Source: Nitrospinaceae bacterium
Lineage (GTDB): Bacteria; Nitrospinota; Nitrospinia; Nitrospinales; VA-1
Reading direction: 5' to 3'
Assembly (NCBI GenBank): GCA_029261455.1
Contig: JAJDBH010000139.1
Coordinates: forward strand, 12,922-76,921
DNA length: 64,000 bases
The notes under the pieces: generated by a model
Seen by the model: the letters and a program-made list of their open reading frames with translations, nothing else
What the model was told of the DNA's origin: nothing
Database searches by the model: none
Shown here: positions 35,779-44,693 of the stretch, in pieces
Layout: every line of letters begins with the position of its first letter
Numbering within the stretch: the stretch's first letter is position 1
Made by a program: the position numbers and the translations under genes

Positions 35779-36855
35779 ATGAATTCCCACGTCTCCAGCA
35801 TAACCCTGCAAAAAAAACTACTGACATGGTATGAAAAAGAAAAAAGAGAAATGCCTTGGCGGAATGACCTGAACCCTTATCGTATTCTAGTATCAGAGTT
35901 CATGCTGCAACAAACTCAGGTGAAAACAGTTATCTCTTATTTCGAACGGTGGATGAAATCGTTTCCCTCTCTGCAAAAATTGGCGAAGGCCCAAGAGTCT
36001 ACCGTTTTAAAACATTGGGAAGGCTTGGGCTATTATTCCCGCGCTCGCAACTTGAAAAAGACCGCTCAACTAATCCTTAAAAACTATTCAGGGAAGATTC
36101 CAGATTCAATGGACGAAATTCTGAAATTGCCTGGAGTGGGTCGTTACACTGCCGGGGCCATTCTCAGTATTGCCTTCGGTCAAAAAGTTCCTGTACTCGA
36201 TGGTAATGTCAAAAGGGTTTTATCTCGGATCTTTTTACTAAAAGAAAATGGAGGAGATCGCAAGTCAGAAAATATTTTATGGGAAACCATGCACAATCTT
36301 CTCCCTGAGACAAGGGCTGGGGATTTCAATCAGGCTTTTATGGAACTAGGTGCCACGGTTTGCCTCCCAAAAAATCCTCTTTGCTTACTCTGCCCTCTTA
36401 AACAAAACTGCAAAGCACAGAAAACTGGAGAACAGAACCTTTACCCACCCCGAAAACAAAAAACCCCTTCCATAAAAATTGAAGTTAGCGCCGCAGTTAT
36501 CTTACGGCGAAATAAAATCTATATCCAAAAAAGAAAACTAGGCGGACTGATGGGTGGATTATGGGAATTCCCTGGCGGTAAATTCGAGCCTGGCGAATCT
36601 GCAGAACAATGTCTCACTCGCGAAATTAAAGAAGAGATGGGGGTCGCTCTCCATATTGATGAAAAGCTCATGACGGTCAAACACAGCTACACCCGTTTCA
36701 GGGTCACTCTACATGTCTTCCTTTGCAGAATTCAATCGGGCCGGGTTTCGCCCACTCAATGCGAAGAATGGGATTGGGTTAAGATAGAAGAGTTAGACTC
36801 ATATCCTTTTCCAGCAGCCAATGTTAAAATTATAAACAGACTAAAAAAAGAATAG
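35779..36855 (+). CDS. mutY: A/G-specific adenine DNA glycosylase
   Basis: LPWR..PYRILVSEFMLQQTQV, HhH-GPD (LPGVGRYTAGAI), 4Fe-4S Cys cluster (C..CLLCPL...C), and a NUDIX-like C-terminus (WEFPGGK). Confidence 0.9.
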   Translation: MNSHVSSITLQKKLLTWYEKEKREMPWRNDLNPYRILVSEFMLQQTQVKTVISYFERWMKSFPSLQKLAKAQESTVLKHWEGLGYYSRARNLKKTAQLILKNYSGKIPDSMDEILKLPGVGRYTAGAILSIAFGQKVPVLDGNVKRVLSRIFLLKENGGDRKSENILWETMHNLLPETRAGDFNQAFMELGATVCLPKNPLCLLCPLKQNCKAQKTGEQNLYPPRKQKTPSIKIEVSAAVILRRNKIYIQKRKLGGLMGGLWEFPGGKFEPGESAEQCLTREIKEEMGVALHIDEKLMTVKHSYTRFRVTLHVFLCRIQSGRVSPTQCEEWDWVKIEELDSYPFPAANVKIINRLKKE

Positions 36856-36888
36856 CGTTTAAACCTTCAATCTACTTTTGGTCAACAT

Positions 36889-38010
36889 ATGTCCCCCGGA
36901 ACCCGAGCCATAATTATTGGTGCAGTCGCCAATTTACTGCTATCCGTTTTCAAGTTTGCAGGAGGCATTCTGGGAAACAGCGTCGCCTTGGTGGCAGATG
37001 CTATCCATTCTCTTTCCGATCTCGTGACGGATGTCATTGTTCTGTTCACTCACCGAATCGGTCAAATGCCGCAGGACGAGGACCACCCCTATGGACACGG
37101 ACGTGCTGAGACAATTGGAGCCACCGTCATTGGTTTGATTATTATCATAACTGGTATCGGCGTTATCCATGAAACCTGGCAATCCATCAACGAAGGCTCC
37201 GGAAAAATACCCGGCCTACTAGCAGCCATTGCTGCAATATTTTCCATCCTCATAAATGAAGGGTTGTTTCACTACACCCGCCGGGTGGGCGAAGCAACAC
37301 AGAGCCCCTCTTTAATCGCTAACGCCTGGCATCATAGGTCTGATGCCATTTCATCTGTTGCGGCTTTAATCGGAATTGTTGGAGCCGGACAGGGGTTTCC
37401 TTTTATGGATCCACTGGCTGGAGCCATAGTCGGGGGCATGATCGTGAAAGTCGGCATCGACATAACCCGGCAAGGGGTGCGGGATTTGATGGATACTGCC
37501 TTGAGTGATGAACACACTAAAAGAATCCATACTATTTTAAAGGCTATTCCGGAGGTTATTCACTTTCATGATTTACGTAGCCGTGTAATTGGTGGAGAGA
37601 TCCTCATCGACTTACATATTCTCGTCGACCCAGAAATGACAGTCACAGAAGGACATAGAGTAGCTGAAATTGTACGGCGCAACCTTATCAAGGCCTTCGA
37701 CAATATTCAAGATGTTCTCGTTCATGTCGATGGCGAACCCGATGCAGAAGTCGAGGCCATCTATCCCATCACGAGAAAAGAGCTGATAGAAATTGCGCGA
37801 CCATTAATTTCAGAACTGGAGGGGAGTATTTTGCAACCTGAAATTCGGGTGCATCATATCAAGGGGAAAAATATTGTAGATGTATTTATAAAGATCGATC
37901 CAAAACAAAATATGGAAGACTCACGTGACCTAGTAGCAAACGTCAAATCCAAACTTGAGACGGCCCCTCAAATCGACCAGGCCCGAGTCTTTCTCGATCT
38001 CAACTCCTAG
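36889..38010 (+). CDS. Cation diffusion facilitator family transporter
   Basis: ALVADAIHSLSDL.., HPYGHGRAE, and WHHRSDA metal-site motifs. Cytoplasmic C-terminal domain with about 70 extra residues. Confidence 0.85.
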   Translation: MSPGTRAIIIGAVANLLLSVFKFAGGILGNSVALVADAIHSLSDLVTDVIVLFTHRIGQMPQDEDHPYGHGRAETIGATVIGLIIIITGIGVIHETWQSINEGSGKIPGLLAAIAAIFSILINEGLFHYTRRVGEATQSPSLIANAWHHRSDAISSVAALIGIVGAGQGFPFMDPLAGAIVGGMIVKVGIDITRQGVRDLMDTALSDEHTKRIHTILKAIPEVIHFHDLRSRVIGGEILIDLHILVDPEMTVTEGHRVAEIVRRNLIKAFDNIQDVLVHVDGEPDAEVEAIYPITRKELIEIARPLISELEGSILQPEIRVHHIKGKNIVDVFIKIDPKQNMEDSRDLVANVKSKLETAPQIDQARVFLDLNS

Positions 38011-38097
38011 CCGGAGGGGAAATTAGCAACCCACTCCCGTGGTCAGGTAACACTCATGCAATATGCAGGCTAGTGCTATCGGTCCAATGGGCCATTG

Positions 38098-39213
38098 CTA
38101 TTCACTACCGGACGTTGTCCGGCGGCGGGCAAGTTTTTTCAAGGTATCACCCTCCCATTCCACATCCAGTCGAGGACGACCCTTATAAAGTCCTTTTTGA
38201 AACGCATAGCCATAAATTAAAGGAAGGGAGACACTGGGCTCGATAAACGCCATGCTATGTGTCGCCTCCTTATTTATTTTGCCCCAAGACTGTGCCTCGG
38301 CCAACGTGCTGCCACTCAATCCACCCCAATGAGGTGAGTCAGTAGTAACTTGCAGAGCATATTTATGCCCTCCTGTATCCACTCCAAAAATATAGGCCAT
38401 GACCACCGAATCGTTGATGTAGTTCTTTGGCACTCCGCCTGCAACATAAAAAGCCGCAGTACGGGTGGAGTTCACCACAATCTGAGTCAATTCATAATTG
38501 TCGCGAATAGAATCTATGGTAATGGGTGTGCGCCCTTCTTTTCGGGCTGTATAGTAATGCTCCGTCAACCCTATTCCTAGACTGGAATCGTTAATAGCCG
38601 GGCAAAAAACGGGCACATTATTTTTTCTGGCAGTGACAAGAATGGATTCTTCATCATCAATCGTTTCCGAAAGTTTAGAGATGAACTCTCTGCTGGAATA
38701 ATTTCTCGGCTCCAAAGTATCGGCGAACCTTCCCACTAAGGTATCGTCCTCGACAAACAATTCATCATCAACATATGTGTCGTAAATCCGATTGATGAAA
38801 AGTTCCCGCAATTGTGTGTCATCAGCATTTGGACTACCATAATAGTGGCCGCCACCAAGAGCGTTGTAGTAATCCTGATATAAAATTGCTCCAGTGGATA
38901 CAATTACATCCACCATATTGTAATGAATCATATCGCGAATGACTTTTCTCAGTCCCGCAGCGATCAGTGGACCAGCCAACCCTAAAATAATGGTGGGCTT
39001 TTCCTCATCCTGAAGCATTTTCCCAAAGATTTTAGCGCATTGCCCAAGGTTTCTAGCCTGAATGGAAGCCGATTGAAACGACTCCACCAGATCACCCACA
39101 TCATTAATACTTTCAAAGTCGACAGGGGAAATTCGAGTATTTAAAATCTCTTTTTTTTTCTTCTTCTGCCCATCATCCAAGGGTTCGGGCATATAAGATT
39201 CTTTGTACCCCAT
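38098..39213 (-). CDS. Deoxyhypusine synthase-family protein (bacterial DHS-like / homospermidine synthase-like)
   Basis: 371 aa. ILGLAGPLIAAGLR, DVIVSTGAILYQD and FCPAINDSSLG resemble the DS family NAD/spermidine-binding regions. Recognised by eye. Confidence 0.75.
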   Translation of the reverse strand: MGYKESYMPEPLDDGQKKKKKEILNTRISPVDFESINDVGDLVESFQSASIQARNLGQCAKIFGKMLQDEEKPTIILGLAGPLIAAGLRKVIRDMIHYNMVDVIVSTGAILYQDYYNALGGGHYYGSPNADDTQLRELFINRIYDTYVDDELFVEDDTLVGRFADTLEPRNYSSREFISKLSETIDDEESILVTARKNNVPVFCPAINDSSLGIGLTEHYYTARKEGRTPITIDSIRDNYELTQIVVNSTRTAAFYVAGGVPKNYINDSVVMAYIFGVDTGGHKYALQVTTDSPHWGGLSGSTLAEAQSWGKINKEATHSMAFIEPSVSLPLIYGYAFQKGLYKGRPRLDVEWEGDTLKKLARRRTTSGSE

Positions 39214-39335
39214 ATTTTTCTCCCAGCCAGAAATTTAATGAAAATGGATCATAACGCCCTAGCCCAAACAGGTCAAGCCACGAAAACGACTGCTAACAGC
39301 ATTAAACAATATCAGTCTGCCATACTCTTGGCAGG

Positions 39336-39773
39336 TTATAGCCGGGAGCATAAACCTTGCGAGTGGGTCTTGGTGTCCACGCTTTCGATGCTCTCAAGAA
39401 TTTTTCCATCCTCCCCAATCACATAGGTGATGCGGGCCGCATATTGTTCTTCAACACTTTTTACAGCTTGGTAACCCAGCGCGATTTCCCGATTCACATC
39501 GCAAAGCAGAGGATAGGGAAAGGAAAATTTTTCTGCAAAGGCTTTGTTGTCTGCTTCATTATCCAAGCTGACTCCAAAAATCTGGACGTTTTTTTCCTCA
39601 AAACTTTTAAAATCATCACGAAACCCCTGGCCTTCCACTGTGCAACCGGGAGTGTCAGCTTTGGGGTAAAACCAAAGCACAATTTTTTTTCCTCGGTAAT
39701 CCTTCAGGCTAATAGTGTTTCCGTTGTGATCATTCACAGAAAAATCGGGTGCATCGGTTCCGGCTTGCAACAT
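39336..39773 (-). CDS. bcp: Thiol peroxidase, Bcp-type peroxiredoxin
   Basis: GTDAPDFSV...WFYPKADTPGCT. ATG at 39773 behind GGAG. The track ORF has a 20-aa spurious extension. Confidence 0.85.
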   Translation of the reverse strand: MLQAGTDAPDFSVNDHNGNTISLKDYRGKKIVLWFYPKADTPGCTVEGQGFRDDFKSFEEKNVQIFGVSLDNEADNKAFAEKFSFPYPLLCDVNREIALGYQAVKSVEEQYAARITYVIGEDGKILESIESVDTKTHSQGLCSRL

Positions 39774-39881
39774 ATTTCTTTCTCCTTCAATAAGGTTAAA
39801 TTCTATTTTATGAGCAGGTATTAGATGATCCAAAAGCTTTCAAGGAGCAGACTATTTAGGAGTGCAGTGATAAAAAAGGCT

Positions 39882-40574
39882 TCAAACTTCCGGGAACAAT
39901 TTCGCCGCAATACTTTCGCCCAACACCAGATCTTCCGGGCGAGTGATCTTCAGGTTCCACTCAGACCCATCCACAACCCGGACCTCCTGCCCCAGATATT
40001 CAATCAAGGCCCCTTCATCCGTACCATAGAAGGAATCTTTCTGGGCGTTGCGAAAGGCCTCGCCGAGTAAATCATAACGAAAAACCTGCGGAGTCTGAAC
40101 ACGCCACAAACCCTCTCGGTCGACTGTGCGCTCAACCTTACCGGAGCTATCTACCTGTTTGATGGTATCGTTAACGGGAATAGCTGTGATCGCCGCACCA
40201 AATTTCTCAGCAACATTGATTGTTTCCTGAATCATCTCCTTCGACAAAAAGGGACGAACTCCATCGTGAACCAAGACAATGTCTGTATCCGCAGGAAGAG
40301 CCTGATAACCGTTAAAAACAGAGTCTTGCCTTTTTTCACCACCTGTAACAACTTGCTTAACAATTACGGGATGCTCCAACCAATCGGCGCGGGCATGCTC
40401 TAATTCCTTTTCCGGCACTACCAGAACCAATGAGTCAATGAGTCCCGACTCCTGGAGTGTTTTCAAGGTGTAATGCAGGATAGGCTTACCCCTCAACGCC
40501 CGAAACTGCTTGGGAACCGTTCCACCCATTCGGGTTCCTTGTCCTCCCGCTGGAATGATCGCGCATACTTTCAT
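39882..40574 (-). CDS. ispD: 2-C-methyl-D-erythritol 4-phosphate cytidylyltransferase
   Basis: IIPAGGQGTRMG...PKQF...VLVHDGVRPF. Confidence 0.9.
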   Translation of the reverse strand: MKVCAIIPAGGQGTRMGGTVPKQFRALRGKPILHYTLKTLQESGLIDSLVLVVPEKELEHARADWLEHPVIVKQVVTGGEKRQDSVFNGYQALPADTDIVLVHDGVRPFLSKEMIQETINVAEKFGAAITAIPVNDTIKQVDSSGKVERTVDREGLWRVQTPQVFRYDLLGEAFRNAQKDSFYGTDEGALIEYLGQEVRVVDGSEWNLKITRPEDLVLGESIAAKLFPEV

Positions 40575-40580
40575 ATCTGG

Positions 40581-41951
40581 TTATTCAAATAAGTGTTCAA
40601 AAAGTTCCGCAAGGTTTTTCACAAATAATAATTCAATGCCTTCATCAGGCAGGTTCTTTATTTTTTTTGCAGAATACGGAATGATGCACCGTTTGAAACC
40701 AAGCCTTCTGGCTTCAATAATACGAGCGTCCAGCTGCATGACCGTGCGCACTTCTCCCGTCAAGCCCACTTCCCCGACCAGCACGGTTAGCGGGTCTATT
40801 ACCTTGTCGCGAAAACTTCCGGCAATAGCGGCTACCACTGCCAGATCCAAAGCTGGCTCCGTAATTTTTATTCCTCCCGCAAGATTCACAAAAATATCTT
40901 CACCCTGCAGTTGAAACTCCATTCTCTTTTCAATAATAGCGATCAATAGAGACATGCGGTTATGATCAAAACCCGTAGCCATTCTTCGCGGCATACCTAT
41001 TGAAGAAGACGTGCTGACCAGAGCCTGCACCTCCACCAACAAGGTCCGGCTTCCTTCAAGGGTTGCCGCGATGGCAGAGCCTGAAGAATTCTCAGGACGC
41101 TCAGACAAAAACCATTCAGAAGGATTTTCCACCGGCACCAATCCCTCCGGTGCCATTTGAAACACTCCAATTTCTGGAGTCGGACCAAACCGGTTTTTAG
41201 TCGCCCTTAAGGCTCGATAAGCATGGCCGCGCTCGCCTTCAAAATAAACCACCGTATCCACAATATGCTCTAAAGATTTAGGGCCAGCTATCGCCCCATC
41301 TTTATTGATGTGACCGATCAAAAGAGTTGGGAGGCCGCGTTGTTTGATGAACTGGAAAATTTTGAACGCTACTTCCCGCACCTGACCTATGCTTCCTGGA
41401 GCGGATTGCAAATCTGAAGTGTAAAAGGTTTGCACCGAATCTAACACCAGCACATCGGGTTTAACCTTCTCCACCCACTGAATAATATCTTCCACGCAAA
41501 TCTCGGAGCAAACCAGAAGGTTTTCAGACAGGGCATCAAGACGATCAGCGCGAAGCTTGATCTGAGACCCCGACTCCTCGCCAGAAACATACAGAACCTT
41601 TTTGCCAAGCCGAGCCAAGTGACCCATGCTTTGTAAAGTGAGGGTCGACTTCCCGATGCCCGGCTCTCCTCCAATCAGGATGAGCGAGCCTTCGACCATA
41701 CCTCCTCCGAGGACTCGGTCAAACTCTCCGATACCGGTGGTCATACGATTTTCAACGATCGACTGCACTTCTGTAATTGGGATTATTACTGAGGGCGTTG
41801 TGCTTCGCTTAGAATTGCGCGAGGGTGACGGCTGACGTGATGCCTCTTCGACAAAACTGTTCCAAGCCATACATTCAGGACACTTCCCCATCCACTTCGG
41901 GATCTGGTGCCCGCATTCCTGACAGATAAAAATAGTAGTGGTTTTAGCCAT
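40581..41951 (-). CDS. radA: DNA repair protein RadA/Sms
   Basis: Zn ribbon CQECGHQIPKWMGKCPEC, Walker A GGEPGIGKST, KNRFG, and a Lon-like C-terminal domain. Confidence 0.95.
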   Translation of the reverse strand: MAKTTTIFICQECGHQIPKWMGKCPECMAWNSFVEEASRQPSPSRNSKRSTTPSVIIPITEVQSIVENRMTTGIGEFDRVLGGGMVEGSLILIGGEPGIGKSTLTLQSMGHLARLGKKVLYVSGEESGSQIKLRADRLDALSENLLVCSEICVEDIIQWVEKVKPDVLVLDSVQTFYTSDLQSAPGSIGQVREVAFKIFQFIKQRGLPTLLIGHINKDGAIAGPKSLEHIVDTVVYFEGERGHAYRALRATKNRFGPTPEIGVFQMAPEGLVPVENPSEWFLSERPENSSGSAIAATLEGSRTLLVEVQALVSTSSSIGMPRRMATGFDHNRMSLLIAIIEKRMEFQLQGEDIFVNLAGGIKITEPALDLAVVAAIAGSFRDKVIDPLTVLVGEVGLTGEVRTVMQLDARIIEARRLGFKRCIIPYSAKKIKNLPDEGIELLFVKNLAELFEHLFE

Positions 41952-42034
41952 AATGAGGCAGAACAGTGAAAGTCAGCAATCGGTCAATCCTCGCAAAAGT
42001 TTTTGTTACCCAGCCAGCCTATCGGCCACCAGCC

Positions 42035-43438
42035 CTACTTCTTGGCTGGACTCAATTGACCAAGGGTTTTCTTAATGTCGTCGTTTCGTGAAATATTGAC
42101 ATTCGCCTTTCGGCGTAAATCGGCGAGCGCTTCTTTGATTGCTGCTTGATCTTTCACAAAACCGGCTTGAGCCTTTTTCAAAGCCTTCTGTTCTTTTTGG
42201 ATATCGATCAATGTAGTAGCAACAGGGTCAAGCTTTGCCTGCTCCTGAACAATCGTCTTAAGAATTTCAATCAGGCGGGATAACTTCTCATTAGCCAAGT
42301 CTACCTTGGTCGTGCGTGTATCCTCTTTCTGTGCTGAATCTTTCAACTGCCCAGTCACCGAACTTTCAAGCTCTGAAGAATGCACAGCAAGCTTTGATGA
42401 AAGGTCTATAAGTTTATTAAATTTTTCATCGGCTAATTTATTGAACTCCCCAGCCTGCTCCAAATCCAACTTGAGAACACCAAGCGCATCATTAGAGGCC
42501 GTGTTCTGAACTTGCAAAGCCTTCAAACTCTCAGCAAGTTTATTTGTCTTCTCATCCGCAACGATAAGATTTTTGTTCGTGACAACCATTGCCTTTTGTA
42601 TCTCGGCAGCTACGGAATGGCTATCTGCCATATTTTGATTCGTCCCTACAAGACTTTCCTGAATGATCCCCATGTCTTTTTTGATGGCATCCAACAAAGA
42701 TTTGGTTTCCAACCCCTGCTTCAGGCTCTCTTGAAGAATTTCAATCAACCTTTGGTTCAACTGTTGGTTTTTTGCGGAAAAAGCTTCCAGACTTTTTTGG
42801 GTGTCCTTGTTGGCTTGCGCCAATTGATCCATGATTATTTTCCGGTTTGTCTGGTTTTCCTCAGCCATGGCGGGAATAATATCTGTACGAAAAAGGGCAA
42901 TGGTATCATCGAAACCTTTTTTAGTTGTGGCGCTCTGCGCTTCCAACTCCCGAACTACTTGGCCCAATGTTTTATTATTGACTGCAGCAAACCCCTGAAA
43001 GTTTTTTTTGCTAGCTTGCTCGAATTTTTCCATATCCTGTGCAAGCCCTTCCCTGAATAGCTCCAGATTTTTGTTTTGCTGGTGGAGTTTACTCAAAACC
43101 TGGTTCTTAACTTCTGCTGCCAAATCATCCAGCTTGGCATTTGTTTTATTCAGGCCACTCAAGGTTTGCGATTTGTTCAGCTCCACAGCTCCCTGTAATT
43201 GAGGAAGAATTTGTTTGACCTCTTCTAACTGACGTAAAAAATCTTCTTGCTGTGCCCGCAAAGCTGAGAGTTCAGTGTTTTTTAAATTTTCCAAGTGCGT
43301 GTTGAATTTTTTCAATTCAAATTCAATTTTTGCCAAGTCTTCATCATCTGCACCGAAGAGCTGGGCAGATGCAGTAACAGGAGATAGCAGTGACACTAGT
43401 AGTAAATAAGAAAGTATGCCGATGAATTTCGCCCTCAT
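42035..43438 (-). CDS. Secreted long coiled-coil protein (function unknown)
   Basis: Signal peptide MRAKFIGILSYLLLVSLLSPVTASA. About 440 aa of heptad-like Q/K/E/L/N-rich sequence. I recognised no TPR or enzymatic motif. Confidence 0.6.
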   Translation of the reverse strand: MRAKFIGILSYLLLVSLLSPVTASAQLFGADDEDLAKIEFELKKFNTHLENLKNTELSALRAQQEDFLRQLEEVKQILPQLQGAVELNKSQTLSGLNKTNAKLDDLAAEVKNQVLSKLHQQNKNLELFREGLAQDMEKFEQASKKNFQGFAAVNNKTLGQVVRELEAQSATTKKGFDDTIALFRTDIIPAMAEENQTNRKIIMDQLAQANKDTQKSLEAFSAKNQQLNQRLIEILQESLKQGLETKSLLDAIKKDMGIIQESLVGTNQNMADSHSVAAEIQKAMVVTNKNLIVADEKTNKLAESLKALQVQNTASNDALGVLKLDLEQAGEFNKLADEKFNKLIDLSSKLAVHSSELESSVTGQLKDSAQKEDTRTTKVDLANEKLSRLIEILKTIVQEQAKLDPVATTLIDIQKEQKALKKAQAGFVKDQAAIKEALADLRRKANVNISRNDDIKKTLGQLSPAKK

Positions 43439-43495
43439 GGATTCCGCTCTTTCGTAAAAAACTTTTGGTTATTGATTTCCGAATTCTTTTATCAT

Positions 43496-43532
43496 AAAAA
43501 AAGCCGCGCCGGGGACGAATCCCCAACGCGGC
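43496..43532 (-). terminator. Rho-independent terminator after pal
   Basis: On the minus strand, GCCGCGTTGGGGATTCGTCCCCGGCGCGGC is followed by T7, 47 nt downstream of the pal stop. Confidence 0.65.
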
Positions 43533-43578
43533 CTTATTATATACAATTCTTTCTTGAATCGTTAGAAACAGTACATGG

Positions 43579-44382
43579 TTATTTTGAAACCATAAAATGT
43601 GCCCGTCGATTCTGGTGCCAGCAAGTTTCGCCGCTGCTAAAGCAGAAAGGTTTCTCTTCACCATAGCTTATAACATGCACTTTTCTGGAATCCACACCTT
43701 GAGAAACCAAATATTTTTTGGTGGAATGAGCACGACGCTCTCCCAATGCAATATTATAATTATTGGTGCCTCTCTCATCACAATGGCCCTGAATTTCTAC
43801 ATGCAGACCTGGGTTACTTTTGAGGAATGAGGCATTCTCTTTAAGAATCGCTTTGGTATTACCATCCAGGTCATACTGATCAAATTTGAAATGAATATCT
43901 TTCAAATCAGTCGAGGCCTGGTACGACTGCAACCGAGACTCTTGAATGCCTGAATCATTAGAACCTGAAGATCCTGATCCTCCATCAAATGGATTGGCGT
44001 CAAAAGAACCACTTGAACCATTACCGATATTTGCTTGATTGGAAGAACCCATATCTCCGTTACCAGAACCTCCCATACCTCCAGGACCGGAACCTCCAAA
44101 GCCTTCAGACCCACCAGCTCCCGAAGAACTGTCAAAAGAAGACCCTCCTGAACCGTTTTCTAAAACAGGCTCTTCACTGAAAAAACCCGAATCTCCCGGT
44201 CCGCCGGTACCACCAAAATCACTCTCTGATGAAGAAGCCGTAAATTCAGTGCTCTCACTAACATTCCCTGAAGTTTCGATCTCCGGCGGCATGAGCTTTT
44301 TCGAACAAGCCGTTGTTAAAAAAACACACAGTACTGCGGTAATAATTGTCTTCCAATTCATAGTTTTCATAATTTTCCTCAC
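43579..44382 (-). CDS. pal: Peptidoglycan-associated lipoprotein Pal (OmpA-C domain) with a long Gly/Ser-rich linker
   Basis: Lipobox LTTAC. OmpA-like HVEIQGHCDERGTNNYNIALGERRA. About 130 low-complexity residues lie between them. Confidence 0.85.
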   Translation of the reverse strand: MRKIMKTMNWKTIITAVLCVFLTTACSKKLMPPEIETSGNVSESTEFTASSSESDFGGTGGPGDSGFFSEEPVLENGSGGSSFDSSSGAGGSEGFGGSGPGGMGGSGNGDMGSSNQANIGNGSSGSFDANPFDGGSGSSGSNDSGIQESRLQSYQASTDLKDIHFKFDQYDLDGNTKAILKENASFLKSNPGLHVEIQGHCDERGTNNYNIALGERRAHSTKKYLVSQGVDSRKVHVISYGEEKPFCFSSGETCWHQNRRAHFMVSK

Positions 44383-44693
44383 CTAGAAATTTTCCCCGAA
44401 ATTTATTAACTAAAATAGTGCTTTCTGCAAACAAATAGCGCCTTCTACATACAAAGTGGAACTAAGTTTCAGAAACTATTGCTCTTAAAAATTTATCGTG
44501 TAGAAATATCATCCTATAATTATATTAAAATTACAACAAAAATGTGGAAACTTCTGTAATTTATTCGTAAACACCGATATTCCAAACGTTTTGTTTTTAA
44601 AGATAAAAGCCTTATAAAGGGGTATATAAAAATGGTAAGGCAAACTTGTTCCGTTGACAACCACTATTTTTATATTTTTACCCAGAGTGTAAA

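Noticed and set aside
39151-39159. A9/T9 homopolymer inside the DHS-like gene as a phase-variation site
   Set aside because: It encodes a Lys run (QKKKKKE) in the dispensable N-terminal tail of a metabolic enzyme. Nothing in the context suggests contingency behaviour, unlike the adhesin and pilin-associated tracts.
42512-43060. 182-aa plus-strand ORF
   Set aside because: It is antisense to the coiled-coil gene. Low-complexity heptad sequence commonly leaves the opposite strand open.
44536-44544. An additional DnaA box (TGTGGAAAC) in the tolB-pal spacer
   Set aside because: It has one mismatch to the consensus and is isolated, which is expected by chance in AT-rich DNA.
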